Source: Nitrospirota bacterium (lineage in GTDB: Bacteria; Nitrospirota; Nitrospiria; 2-01-FULL-66-17). Taken from it: a stretch of DNA of 64,000 nt. The notes under the pieces were generated by a model, which was not told where the DNA came from, made no database searches, and worked only from the letters and a program-made list of their open reading frames with translations. The stretch's first letter is position 1. Every line of letters begins with the position of its first letter. This document shows, one piece after another, positions 1 through 9,252 of the stretch. The translations under genes and the position numbers were made by a program. The stretch lies in the NCBI GenBank assembly GCA_049325335.1, contig JBMOMC010000001.1:500193-564192 (forward strand). The letters are read 5' to 3'.

Positions 1-33
1 ATCGATTTGTTTGAGTAGATCGTTCGTCTTCAC
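1..33 (-). CDS. 5' end of a gene running off the window (MKTNDLLKQID...), product unknown
   Basis: GTG at 33-31 preceded by GAGGGG RBS-like sequence; sigma70-like promoter upstream; only 11 codons visible. Confidence 0.4.
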   Translation of the reverse strand, partial: MKTNDLLKQID

Positions 34-77
34 GCTACCCCTCGACTGACAGATCTATTTTTCTACACTGCGGGGCA

Positions 78-105
78 AGTCTAATCGTGTTGCGGGATGT
101 GTCAA
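78..105 (-). promoter_or_regulatory. sigma70-like promoter TTGACA-N16-TAGACT
   Basis: -35 at 105-100 and -10 at 83-78 read from the minus strand. Confidence 0.45.
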
Positions 106-143
106 GAAACTGACGTGGGCAGAAATTGCCGAGGCAGCTTTTA

Positions 144-1826
144 CTAACGAACCTGCTCCTGCCACATCAGACCGCCGGCGTCGTTGAGGCTGTTGGTGTT
201 GAACGTGTCCAGCGTCACGGTCGTTGCCACGGTCTGCGATGCGCCCGAGGAATCCGTGATCGTCACGTTAAACGTCACTGGACCGGGAGTGCCGGGCGTG
301 GCGGAAAACGTCAGCCGGTACTCGCCCGAACCGGTCAGATAGAGCTGATCCGTCGCGACCGGAGCGGTAAACACCACGGGGTCGGTTCCTGAAACTCCCC
401 ACGTTTCAACCGATGTCGCGGCATTAATCGCCGCCAAGGAATAGGCATCGCCGCTCCATATCCACCCGCCGCTGGCAGGCAACCCGATCGCCACGCTGTC
501 CACGGGAAAACAGCCCTGATTCGTGAAGCTCCAGGTGATTTCTTCGTTGGTACTGGACACATTGGTCCGGTCCGGAATCACGGTGATCACAAACCCGGCC
601 GCTGTAACCGGTGGGGCGGATGTTGCGGTGGGCGTTGTCCTCGACGGATTGCCCCCGGTACCAGTCCCGGTCGCGGACCCGTCGAACCAAAACGTTTGGC
701 CCGGCAAAGCACCCGACACCAAAAAGACCCACTGAAACTGCAGGGTTCCCCCGTTGGCAGTCGCGGTGGTGCCGGACAATGCGGTCGGCCCCGAACTCAG
801 CGTGATCGGCGCCCCCGCGGACGGCGTCAACGTCGGGGTGACATTGATCAAGTCGTAATTGTACCGGTTGGTCAGGGTCATCGTGACCGTCACGTTTCCC
901 CCGTTGTACAAACAGCTCGGCGAGGTCACCACCCCAGCGACGAAGAGGCCGATTGCGAGAGTCGGGGATGTGGCCAGCGCGGAGGTCGCGGAATTCGTGT
1001 TGTTCCGGGCATAGGCCGTGTAATACACGGTTCCGTAACCGGTCGTTGAGGTGTTGTAGGTAAACGTGATGGTCCCGCTTGCCCCAGGCGCCAAGGTGAG
1101 AGGGTTGGGGCTATACGCCGTCGATGCAAGCCACGGCGGCGTGGGCGGCGTGCCGGCGAAACTGGCGACCTGCGTCGGAGACAGCGGACTTGAAACAATC
1201 GCCGTCTGTGTGGCTGTAGACCGGTTTGTCACCGCCATCACCAGGCGAAAGCTGCTGCCCGCGACGAGCGAGGTGATTGGGGTTCCGCTTAGGTCCGTGA
1301 TCTGAAACGACGTGATGACCAGCGACTTGAGGGTCCACGACCCCGGGTTATTGGTCGTGACCGTCCCCACCCGCCCAAACGGCGGCCCGGTTGTGGAGGT
1401 CGTATACCGTGCCCGAATGTCGCGCAGAGTTTCGTTCACATCGGCAGTGGTGGATCGGAAGGTAAAATTGATCGCGAAGTCCCGAAAGGCACCCACCGCA
1501 ATGGCGTTGGCCCAGGACGTGGCGCGAAACGTCACCGACGTGGTGCTGTACGCGGTGCGCGTCCATCCGGCCGGCGCCGCGGTGCTCGATGCGAAGGTGG
1601 TCCCGGTACCTCGCAAGCGAAACCGCATTTCATAAATTCGCTCACCCGTATTGCCACCGTTATTCGTATTGGTAATCCGATAGGTCAATGTCCCGTTGGT
1701 GCCCATCGGAAACGAGGTGGGGGCCGCCGGGGTCTGGCCGATCGTATAACTCCGGGCCGCATCGGCTGGACGGGCCCACAGCCCGATCGCCAACACCGCC
1801 AGCGCGCATCCGATCAACCGTTTCAT
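144..1826 (-). CDS. Secreted Thr/Ser-rich beta-sandwich protein, last gene of MSHA-like operon (positional equivalent of MshQ/tip adhesin)
   Basis: 560 aa; Sec signal peptide MKRLIGCALAVLAIGLWARPADA; repeated Ig-like 'T.T.T.TN' strands; ends WQEQVR; operon position. Confidence 0.7.
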   Translation of the reverse strand: MKRLIGCALAVLAIGLWARPADAARSYTIGQTPAAPTSFPMGTNGTLTYRITNTNNGGNTGERIYEMRFRLRGTGTTFASSTAAPAGWTRTAYSTTSVTFRATSWANAIAVGAFRDFAINFTFRSTTADVNETLRDIRARYTTSTTGPPFGRVGTVTTNNPGSWTLKSLVITSFQITDLSGTPITSLVAGSSFRLVMAVTNRSTATQTAIVSSPLSPTQVASFAGTPPTPPWLASTAYSPNPLTLAPGASGTITFTYNTSTTGYGTVYYTAYARNNTNSATSALATSPTLAIGLFVAGVVTSPSCLYNGGNVTVTMTLTNRYNYDLINVTPTLTPSAGAPITLSSGPTALSGTTATANGGTLQFQWVFLVSGALPGQTFWFDGSATGTGTGGNPSRTTPTATSAPPVTAAGFVITVIPDRTNVSSTNEEITWSFTNQGCFPVDSVAIGLPASGGWIWSGDAYSLAAINAATSVETWGVSGTDPVVFTAPVATDQLYLTGSGEYRLTFSATPGTPGPVTFNVTITDSSGASQTVATTVTLDTFNTNSLNDAGGLMWQEQVR

Positions 1827-1836
1827 CGCGCACTCC

Positions 1837-2736
1837 TCATCGCTGGACCGTCTTCTGCACCACCCGCGCCGCCGTGGTAAGCGGCCCGGCCCCCACCGAA
1901 CCCGTGGACATCATCAAGACCTCATAGTCCGGAGCGGAATCATCGTCCAGAAGCGGCGTCACGGGGTATCCGGCCGGACGCAGGGCGCCGCTGGACTGTG
2001 AATTCACGCAGCGGGTCACGCCGGTGAGCGTGGCCACGCCCGCGGTCGTACTCGACCCCGTGTACGTGATTTCTTCCGTATCAACCGTGATCGTCCCGGT
2101 TGCAAGAAACTTGCTATTGGCGGCAATCGTGATCGACCCCGCAGGCGTGGGGCTGCACGTGGCGCTCACGGCCGCAAGGTTGGCATTCAGGGTGGCCACC
2201 GGGAAGACGGCCGTTCCTCGCGGATAGGTCCCGGCCGCTCCGCCGTTGACCCCGCCCACGGTCACGTCGCGCGCGACCACGTTGAACGTGGTCGCATTCG
2301 CCACGGTATATTGGACGAACTCGCCTCCGACAATATCGTGTCCGAGCTGGAGCACACCTGCGGCCGGGAAGCGCGCGGTGGAAAAGACCCGGATGGTTCC
2401 TCCCGGTGCAGATGTGACTCGGCGCGAGAGTTTGGTCGCGGGCAGAAAGGTGTTGGTAATAAATGTCCCGGCGCCTAGCGCAGTGGCGGGGCTCACGATC
2501 GGATCAGCCGCGCTGCGGTACCAATCCAGGTTCTGGGCCAAGGCCCGCTGCGCGAATTCGCTGCCGCCTTCGGCGACAGAGAGGGCTTGCGTCGAACTCA
2601 ACTCGCCGGCCGACGTGCTCGCCTGCGTGCTCATCAAGGACACCAGCGTGATGCCCAGGAACCCCATGACCACCACGAAGAAGATCACCGCGATGAGCGA
2701 CAGCCCGCGTTCCCCGTTGCCGCGCGCCGTCGTCAC
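1837..2736 (-). CDS. PilX/MshP-like minor pilin with inserted repeat domain
   Basis: GTG start overlapping upstream TGA (GTGA); ERG|LSLIAVIFFVVV class III signal lacking Glu5; 'STQALSVAEGG' PilX-N motif. Confidence 0.75.
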   Translation of the reverse strand: MTTARGNGERGLSLIAVIFFVVVMGFLGITLVSLMSTQASTSAGELSSTQALSVAEGGSEFAQRALAQNLDWYRSAADPIVSPATALGAGTFITNTFLPATKLSRRVTSAPGGTIRVFSTARFPAAGVLQLGHDIVGGEFVQYTVANATTFNVVARDVTVGGVNGGAAGTYPRGTAVFPVATLNANLAAVSATCSPTPAGSITIAANSKFLATGTITVDTEEITYTGSSTTAGVATLTGVTRCVNSQSSGALRPAGYPVTPLLDDDSAPDYEVLMMSTGSVGAGPLTTAARVVQKTVQR

Positions 2737-3248
2737 GTAAAGTTCCTCGGGTGTACGCGAACCCTGAAACTCTGCGTTTCGTTCCCGGTCGCGAACGTCA
2801 GATCCATCTGGATCACCCACACCTGGGCCGCCGTGGCTGCCGGAGTTCCGTCTTGCTGCACATACGAGAAGGTCAGGACGGCGCTGCCGGATGAGGCGAG
2901 CATGGCGCCGTTTCGCGTCACCGACCCGCCGCCCGCCGTGTAGGTGACGGCATTCCCCGAGATGTCCACGAAACTCAGCGTGGTGGCGGTCATGGTCGGG
3001 ATGTCGGTTGCGGTGCGGCTCCGGATCAACCGAATCTCGCGCGCCATGCGCTCAAGGCTCAACCGCCCCTGCGTCGTGAGCGTGGCCCGAGCGTCCTGCG
3101 CCACGTACTCTTGGACTCCGGTGAGCAACAGCAGCGAGGTGGTGGCCGCGATGATGCCCACGATCACTATCGTGATGACCAACTCAATGAGCGTGACGCC
3201 GGATTGGCCGCGCACGTGGAAGCGAATGTGACGTATGAGCTTCGCCAT
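2733..3248 (-). CDS. Type IV minor pilin (MshO/PilW-like)
   Basis: QSG|VTLIELVITIVIVGII prepilin cleavage/N-methylation motif; 'LERMAREIR'. Confidence 0.85.
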   Translation of the reverse strand: MAKLIRHIRFHVRGQSGVTLIELVITIVIVGIIAATTSLLLLTGVQEYVAQDARATLTTQGRLSLERMAREIRLIRSRTATDIPTMTATTLSFVDISGNAVTYTAGGGSVTRNGAMLASSGSAVLTFSYVQQDGTPAATAAQVWVIQMDLTFATGNETQSFRVRVHPRNFT

Positions 3249-3249
3249 A

Positions 3250-3717
3250 TCAGTAGTTGGTCAGCAGGGTCGTCGCCGTCACATTGCCCAGCGACGCGTT
3301 GGTGACCGTCACGGTGACGCGGGCGTAGTCGGTGCGCCCGTCGCTGGCAGCGCACGACGGACCTGGCGCCGACCCCACGGCATTGAGATCCGCGGTGGTC
3401 ACACACGTGATCGCCACTGACCGGGAAAACCCCGTCACCCCGGCAATGGGATTTTCCGCGGGATAGTTCCCAGGCGTGGTCGCGTACGTGAAGCCTCGGG
3501 GCGTGGTCTGGTCCAGACGATCCGCGAAAATCTGTTCGAACTTCTCTTGGGCCAATGCCGCGGCCTGCTGCGTGAGCACGGGCGTGGCGCTGTGTCGCGT
3601 GCTCACGGTTGATGGGATCAGCACGGCCAGCGACAACGCCAGCACCACGATCACGATCACCGTCTCGATAAGCGTGATTCCCCGCTCGAAAGTTGGAGCT
3701 GATTGCGTGGTCGCCAT
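3250..3717 (-). CDS. Type IV minor pilin (MshD/PilV-like)
   Basis: ERG|ITLIETVIVIVVL motif; C-terminal 'RVTVTVT...TNY'; start reassigned to ATG 3717 because the longer ORF reads through the MITE. Confidence 0.8.
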   Translation of the reverse strand: MATTQSAPTFERGITLIETVIVIVVLALSLAVLIPSTVSTRHSATPVLTQQAAALAQEKFEQIFADRLDQTTPRGFTYATTPGNYPAENPIAGVTGFSRSVAITCVTTADLNAVGSAPGPSCAASDGRTDYARVTVTVTNASLGNVTATTLLTNY

Positions 3718-3742
3718 ATCGATCACCTGAGGAACCGTACTT

Positions 3743-3914
3743 GGAGCCTGTTCAGGGAAGGCCAGATGCCTCCTTCGGGGACTTCCGGCATCAAATGTCT
3801 TGACGGTGGGTCGCAAGGCGGAGAGAGGACCTTGCGCGCGGAGCGTACTGGGTCGTACGTGAGCACGCAAGGCCGACCGACAACGCAGCAGATGGCCTTT
3901 CATGGACAGGCTCC
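3743..3914. mobile_element. MITE/REP-like element with 22-bp imperfect terminal inverted repeats
   Basis: Left GGAGCCTGTTCAGGGAAGGCCA vs reverse complement of right end GGAGCCTGTCCATGAAAGGCCA (19/22); internal hairpin CCTTGCGCGC...CGTAC-N6-GTACG...GCACGCAAGG; no transposase. Confidence 0.7.
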
Positions 3915-4426
3915 TAGGGAATGCTCGCCATACCGGTTTGGGCGCGGACGGTCACGGTCTGCGTGGTATCCCCCCCGGTGACGGTGATGGTCCCTGTCGC
4001 CAGGTTCGTGGCCGACGGCGTGGAGCCTGCGTAGAGGTACGGGCGCCCAAGCGTGTCGAACTCCACGCCCCGGTTCGACACGGTCACACCGTTCAGGTTC
4101 CAACTGAGCGTGATCCCTGAACCGGTTGCAATGGAAAAGCCCGTTTGCCCGTCGGGATTCGTCACCAGCGTCCCGGACGCGTCTCTGATCTCATACGTGG
4201 TCGTGGACAGGAACACCAATCGGTGTCTCACATTCGTTCGCATGGAGAGTCCTTGGGCATACGCGAGGTCCGATTGCAGCTTCCTGGCTGTGGCGGAGGT
4301 CTTGACCCCGACCACATCCGGCAACCGTGGGACCACCATCATGGCCACGATCGCGATCACGACGATGACGATCACGGACTCAATCAGCGTGAAGCCGGTC
4401 TCGCTCTTCGGCCTGTTTCCATTCAT
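3914..4426 (-). CDS. Type IV minor pilin (MshC/FimT/GspH-like)
   Basis: ETG|FTLIESVIVIVVI motif; 'ARKLQSDLAYAQ', 'VEFDTLGRP', 'VRAQTG' FimT-like motifs. Confidence 0.85.
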   Translation of the reverse strand: MNGNRPKSETGFTLIESVIVIVVIAIVAMMVVPRLPDVVGVKTSATARKLQSDLAYAQGLSMRTNVRHRLVFLSTTTYEIRDASGTLVTNPDGQTGFSIATGSGITLSWNLNGVTVSNRGVEFDTLGRPYLYAGSTPSATNLATGTITVTGGDTTQTVTVRAQTGMASIP

Positions 4427-4466
4427 GCCTGTTCACCCGATCGTCGGTCACCAAGCTCCTCTATGC

Positions 4467-4509
4467 AAAAAAGACGAGGCGAGCGGACCTTCGTCCTGCC
4501 CGCCTCGTC
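4467..4509 (-). terminator. Rho-independent terminator after major pilin
   Basis: Minus strand GACGAGGCG...CGCCTCGTC stem followed by T6. Confidence 0.75.
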
Positions 4510-4532
4510 CGAGTACTCTTGGTCCAGCCAGG

Positions 4533-4976
4533 CTAACAGGTACTCACGTCCACAGACGCCACGCCGGTCGCTTCGGTATAAGTCACGCCGCAGGTCGCGC
4601 TCCCCCCGTTGGTCGGCCAGAAGGTCGAGGTCAGCGCCCCGGTGGTAAAGGTAAACCCGCTATAGTCCGCCACGGCCACGTCGATCCCGCCCGCATCACT
4701 GGTCGGAATGCCCGTTCCGGCCGCGACGTTCGGATCGGTCCCCGGCCCCAAGTCAACCGTAGTTGCGGCCGTGTTCCCCACCGCTTGGTACTTCGACATG
4801 GAAATCGCCACGGCGCTTCGAAGGCCGGCCGCCATGCCGTTGACGGCCGCGGTCCGCGCCTCGGTCCGGAGATCGGCGAACTTCGGCACCGCAAACGCCG
4901 CCAAGATCCCCAGGATCACGATGACCACCACCAGTTCAATCATGGTAAAACCCGACTCGTTCTTGAGTAGCTTCAT
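4533..4976 (-). CDS. mshA: MSHA-type major pilin
   Basis: ESG|FTMIELVVVIVILGILAAFAVPKFADL; C-terminal Cys pair; GGAGGAG RBS; own terminator. Confidence 0.85.
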   Translation of the reverse strand: MKLLKNESGFTMIELVVVIVILGILAAFAVPKFADLRTEARTAAVNGMAAGLRSAVAISMSKYQAVGNTAATTVDLGPGTDPNVAAGTGIPTSDAGGIDVAVADYSGFTFTTGALTSTFWPTNGGSATCGVTYTEATGVASVDVSTC

Positions 4977-5066
4977 CCTTCTCCTCCCCTGTGTGAGTTC
5001 ACTGCCCTGCCGCCCTGTTCACACACCACCCGGACGAGCCTATCGCTCCCGACGCCCTGGCGTTCC

Positions 5067-5492
5067 CTACCATTGTTCATATCCTTTCGATTCTGACAAG
5101 ACGCGTCCCCCCCCCGGCTCGTACCGATACCGACGACCGAACGGGTCAACCGGGTATCCGTCGTGATCCAGCGCCTGCGCCTCCAAATACTGCGGCACAA
5201 ACACGGGGTTCTTCCCGGCGGGGAGCAGGTACCCGGTGGCAAACAGTTCGCGGATATCCCGGGGGTACCGCTCGTTGAAGACATGGTAGAGACGCACGCC
5301 CGTTCGAATATTGCCCAATCCCATCCGAAGCGAGGTCTCTCGCGCTTCGCGCAGCAAGGAGTCGCAATACGTCATCATCGCGATCACCACTCCCACAAGG
5401 ACAACGCATGCCACGAGCGACTCCACCCCTGATCGCCCTGACGCTGTTCCCGGGTACACCGCGCGATCACCCTCCTCCCCCTTTGAACACAT
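5067..5492 (-). CDS. Pilin/pseudopilin-like protein (MshF/MshB-like position)
   Basis: Single N-terminal hydrophobic helix after atypical GRSGVE; 'DPFGRRYRY' pseudopilin-like motif. Confidence 0.6.
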   Translation of the reverse strand: MCSKGEEGDRAVYPGTASGRSGVESLVACVVLVGVVIAMMTYCDSLLREARETSLRMGLGNIRTGVRLYHVFNERYPRDIRELFATGYLLPAGKNPVFVPQYLEAQALDHDGYPVDPFGRRYRYEPGGGRVLSESKGYEQW

Positions 5493-6699
5493 GGATCAAA
5501 TTCCACCAGGGCAAGAAGATCGCCAAGGCCAGAAACAGCACCGCCACGCCGATTATCAGCATTAACAACGGCTCCAGCGCGGTTGAGAGGTTTTTGATCG
5601 AGTAATCGACCTCCCGGTCGTAGTACTCGGAGACCTTCATCAACATGCCTTCCAGTTGCCCGGTTTCTTCGCCGATCGCGACCATCTGCACCACCCCGGC
5701 CGGGAAGAGGCGACTGGATTTCATCGGCTGGACCAAGCCGCGTCCTTGGCGCGCGCCGTCTTGAATCGTCCCGATGACGCGCGCGACCGCGGCGTTGCCG
5801 ACCGTCCGACCGACGATATCGAGCGCTTGTAACGCCGGGAATCCGCAGCGGTTCAATGTCCCGAACGTACGAGCAAAGCGCGACAACGCGGACTTGAGGA
5901 ACAAGGGACCGAAGACGGGGATCCGCAGTTTCCACGCATCCCACCACATTCGACCGACCGGGGTTGCGACGTAGGACCGAAACGCGAACGCTCCGGCAAC
6001 CCCCAGGCCCAGGAAAATAAATCCGAAGGAATGCACCAGCGAGTTCAGCCCGATCATCATCCGCGTGGGCAGCGGGAGCGCGACACGAACGTTCGCGTAT
6101 AACTTGGCGAACTGCGGGATCACGAACGTGACCAGGATGCCGAACGCCACGGCCAACGCCACCAGCACGATCACCGGGTACCGCGTCGCGGCCTTAATCT
6201 TCTGCTTGGTGTCCATGTCGCGTTCCGCCAAGAACGCCAACCGATCGAGCATTTCATCCAGGACCCCGGCTTCTTCCCCGGCTTTGACCATGTTGACGTA
6301 TAGGTCCTCGAACACGCTCGGGTGTTTGGCCAACGCCGCGGAGAACGGCGACCCGCCCTCGACGTCGCGCCGAACCTGAACGAGCACGGCCCGGAGCCTC
6401 GGATTGGTGGTTTGTTCGATCAGCGCGTCGAACACCGCGACGAACGACAGGCCCGCGTCGATCAACGTGGCCATCTGCCGCGTCATGATGATCTTGTCTT
6501 GCGGGGTAATTTGCGTAAACCACTCTTGGACGCGGGCGGCCGACTCGCGCCAATCCCAGCCGCTCGCCTCTTGGATGCGGACCGGGAAGTACCCGAGTTG
6601 GTTGATTTGCATGGCGGCCGCGTCACGGCCCGATGATTCAAGCACGCCGGTCATCACCTCTCCGGACTTGTCGCGAGCCTTGTAACGAAAACGTGCCAT
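5467..6699 (-). CDS. mshG: T2SS-F/PilC/MshG inner-membrane platform protein
   Basis: 'TRQMATLIDAGL', 'AGEEAGVLDEML', 'GEETGQLEGML', 'ALEPLL' motifs; start at MARFRYKARD. Confidence 0.88.
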   Translation of the reverse strand: MARFRYKARDKSGEVMTGVLESSGRDAAAMQINQLGYFPVRIQEASGWDWRESAARVQEWFTQITPQDKIIMTRQMATLIDAGLSFVAVFDALIEQTTNPRLRAVLVQVRRDVEGGSPFSAALAKHPSVFEDLYVNMVKAGEEAGVLDEMLDRLAFLAERDMDTKQKIKAATRYPVIVLVALAVAFGILVTFVIPQFAKLYANVRVALPLPTRMMIGLNSLVHSFGFIFLGLGVAGAFAFRSYVATPVGRMWWDAWKLRIPVFGPLFLKSALSRFARTFGTLNRCGFPALQALDIVGRTVGNAAVARVIGTIQDGARQGRGLVQPMKSSRLFPAGVVQMVAIGEETGQLEGMLMKVSEYYDREVDYSIKNLSTALEPLLMLIIGVAVLFLALAIFLPWWNLIHVFKGGGG

Positions 6700-6842
6700 C
6701 GGCAAACCTACGTGCAATCCGCGAGCCACCGCAGATCATCACGCCGGCCTGTGCGCAGGCCCGATACGCGAGTCTCGCCGCTTGGATGGACCGCCCGACA
6801 CGGACCCATAGGGAAGGCGTTTCACACCGACACCAGAAAACG

Positions 6843-8534
6843 TCACTCGACATCCGCTTCTTGCGTGACGCGGTAGACCTCTTCGAGGGTGGTCATCCCG
6901 CTCGCGGCTTTGGCCAGTCCGGCGGTCCGCAACGGCGCGTACCCGGCTTGAATCGACGCGGCTTTCATGGCCGACGCGGTCGCGCGGTTGATGATGAGAT
7001 CGCGCAGCGTATCCGTGACGGTCAGGAGTTCGAACAACGCGGTGCGGCCGTTGTACCCGGTGTTGCGGCAGCCCGAACACCCGGCGCCTTTGGCCGGAGA
7101 CAGGGCGCCCACTTCCGGCGCAATTCCGTCGAACACCCCGGACGGCGCCGCGGCGGGCTCGCGGCAGGAGGGGCAGACCTTGCGCACCAACCGTTGCGCC
7201 ACCACGCCGATCAGCGACGAGGCGATCAGATACGGCTCCACGCCGATATCGATCAGCCGCGCCACCGCGCTGGGCGCGTCGTTGGTGTGTAGGGTGGAAA
7301 ACACGAGGTGCCCGGTGAGCGCGGCCTGAATCGCAATGGTCGCGGTTTCGCGATCCCGGATTTCCCCGACCATGATCACGTCCGGATCCTGTCGCAGGAT
7401 CGACCGCAGTCCGGTCGCGAACGTGACCCCGGCCTTGGCGTTGACCTGCACCTGGTTGATCACGCGGAGTTGGTATTCCACCGGGTCTTCGATGGTTACG
7501 ATGTTGCGCGCCAAGGTGTTGATCGTGTTCAACGCGGCGCAGAGCGTGGTGGTTTTGCCGCTGCCGGTGGGACCGGTGACCAGGAGCAACCCGTGGGGTC
7601 GCGCCACCAACCGCTGCACCGTCTCGAACATGCCGGGCGCAAATCCGAGTTCCGGCAATTTGACGATGCCCTGACGTTTGTCGAGGATGCGGAGCACCAC
7701 CTTCTCGCCGTAAATCGTGGGCAAGGTGGAGACACGCAGGTCGATGTCCCGCTCGCCGACTTTCATTTGGATGCGGCCGTCTTGCGGCACCCGTCGCTCC
7801 GAAATATCCAGGTCCGCCAGAATTTTGATCCGGGACAACACCCCGCCCTGTAACCCCTTGGGCGCGGTGGTTACCTCCTGAAGAATGCCGTCCAGCCGAT
7901 GGCGCACGCGTAGGACGTCCACGTCCGGTTCGATGTGAATGTCGCTGGCGCCGCCGTGCACCGCCTGCGTGATGATCGTGGTGACGAATTTGACGACCGG
8001 CGTATCCTCGGCCAACCGTTCGGCCGCGGCTGCGGACGGTTCGTCGGTCTCCGCCGGATCGAGTCCCTTGACCGCCTCCTGAATAGTCGCGGTCATCCCG
8101 TACTGGCGTTCGATCGCCCGCATCACGTCCTGCTCGGTCGCCACCACCGGTTGGATTTCCAAGCCGGTCGCGCGCGCGATGTCGTCGATCGCCACCACGT
8201 TGAGCGGGTCCACCATCGCGAGCGTCAACGTGGTGCCCTTCTTGTAGAGCGGAATGGCCTGGTGTCGACGGGCCAATAACTCCGGCACGCGTTTGATCAC
8301 GTCCGGATCAATGATGACGGTTGAGAGCACCTGGTGGGGGATCCCGGTCTGGCGTCCCAACGTCTTGATGATGCCTTCTTCGGTGACGAACCCCAGCCCC
8401 TTGAGGATCGCGCCGATACGGCCGCCGTGACGCCGCTGCTCCGCCAACGCGGTCTCGAGTTGCTCGGGCGTCAACAAGCCTTCGGCCAGCAACATTTCGC
8501 CGATCTTTTTTCGTTTCTGCTGGGGCAGCGCCAT
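6843..8534 (-). CDS. mshE: GspE/PilB/MshE assembly ATPase with N-terminal MshEN-type c-di-GMP-binding motif
   Basis: Walker A GPTGSGKTT, 'LRQDPDVIMVGEIRD', two CxxC Zn pairs; KIGEMLLAEGLL..QL..AL..Q and RIGAIL repeats. Confidence 0.92.
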   Translation of the reverse strand: MALPQQKRKKIGEMLLAEGLLTPEQLETALAEQRRHGGRIGAILKGLGFVTEEGIIKTLGRQTGIPHQVLSTVIIDPDVIKRVPELLARRHQAIPLYKKGTTLTLAMVDPLNVVAIDDIARATGLEIQPVVATEQDVMRAIERQYGMTATIQEAVKGLDPAETDEPSAAAAERLAEDTPVVKFVTTIITQAVHGGASDIHIEPDVDVLRVRHRLDGILQEVTTAPKGLQGGVLSRIKILADLDISERRVPQDGRIQMKVGERDIDLRVSTLPTIYGEKVVLRILDKRQGIVKLPELGFAPGMFETVQRLVARPHGLLLVTGPTGSGKTTTLCAALNTINTLARNIVTIEDPVEYQLRVINQVQVNAKAGVTFATGLRSILRQDPDVIMVGEIRDRETATIAIQAALTGHLVFSTLHTNDAPSAVARLIDIGVEPYLIASSLIGVVAQRLVRKVCPSCREPAAAPSGVFDGIAPEVGALSPAKGAGCSGCRNTGYNGRTALFELLTVTDTLRDLIINRATASAMKAASIQAGYAPLRTAGLAKAASGMTTLEEVYRVTQEADVE

Positions 8535-8693
8535 GCGCGATACGCCGTGTGATCCGTCACACGAAAGGTGAATGTAGCAGAGACGGGCGATTCCGCAAGA
8601 TTCGGGAGACGAAACCGCTGGAAAACTGTGGGGAGGAAGGACGGTCGCGCAGAGGCGGGTTGTCTATCCGTCCGACCGCCGCGCCGCGGGGCG

Positions 8694-9248
8694 TTACGAT
8701 CCGCTCAACGCCACGGTCAGTTCGATGCGGGTCTGGGAGTGCAGGAGGATGATGTAGGCCGGCGTGACCTCCTTAAGCACCACGCCGCCGGCCACGGATT
8801 CGCCGCGGCCGACCGTGAAGGTTTCGCCCCCGCGCGACACGAACGCCTGATCGCGTCCGCCGCGACTCAGGTACACCAAGTACTTGTATTGCCCCAGCTC
8901 GACCCGCGCGCGCTGGGCCGCGAGCTCCTCCTCGGACGGCGCGGGGGGCGGCGGGGGGGGCGGCGGGGGCGCGGGGGGCGGCGGGGGAGGAGGTGGCGGG
9001 GGCACGTAGACGTAGATCGGCGCAAATACGTTGCGCGGCGACGTGACCGATTCCGTCGGTTGGTCCAACAATTCGAGTTTGAGGTGCAGTTGCGGGTCTT
9101 GTTGGCGGCCCAAGGCGGGCGAGGCCGTGGCACCTTTGGCGTATTTTAAGGGCGCGGTTCGTTGCGGTTCATGCGTGGCGACACGATACCCCAGCAGCGC
9201 CACCCACAACGCCGTTAACCCCAGCAGCCACTGTACTTTGCGGTCCAT
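8694..9248 (-). CDS. Proline-rich single-pass protein (PilP/GspC-like position)
   Basis: N-terminal TM helix, 'PRNVFAP' followed by a long poly-Pro tract, C-terminal beta domain; follows pilO. Confidence 0.65.
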   Translation of the reverse strand: MDRKVQWLLGLTALWVALLGYRVATHEPQRTAPLKYAKGATASPALGRQQDPQLHLKLELLDQPTESVTSPRNVFAPIYVYVPPPPPPPPPPAPPPPPPPPPAPSEEELAAQRARVELGQYKYLVYLSRGGRDQAFVSRGGETFTVGRGESVAGGVVLKEVTPAYIILLHSQTRIELTVALSGS

Positions 9249-9252
9249 GGAA

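Noticed and set aside
3718..3903. 62-aa N-terminal extension of the MshD-like pilin
   Set aside because: Mostly read-through of the MITE-like element; a normal prepilin leader starts at 3717
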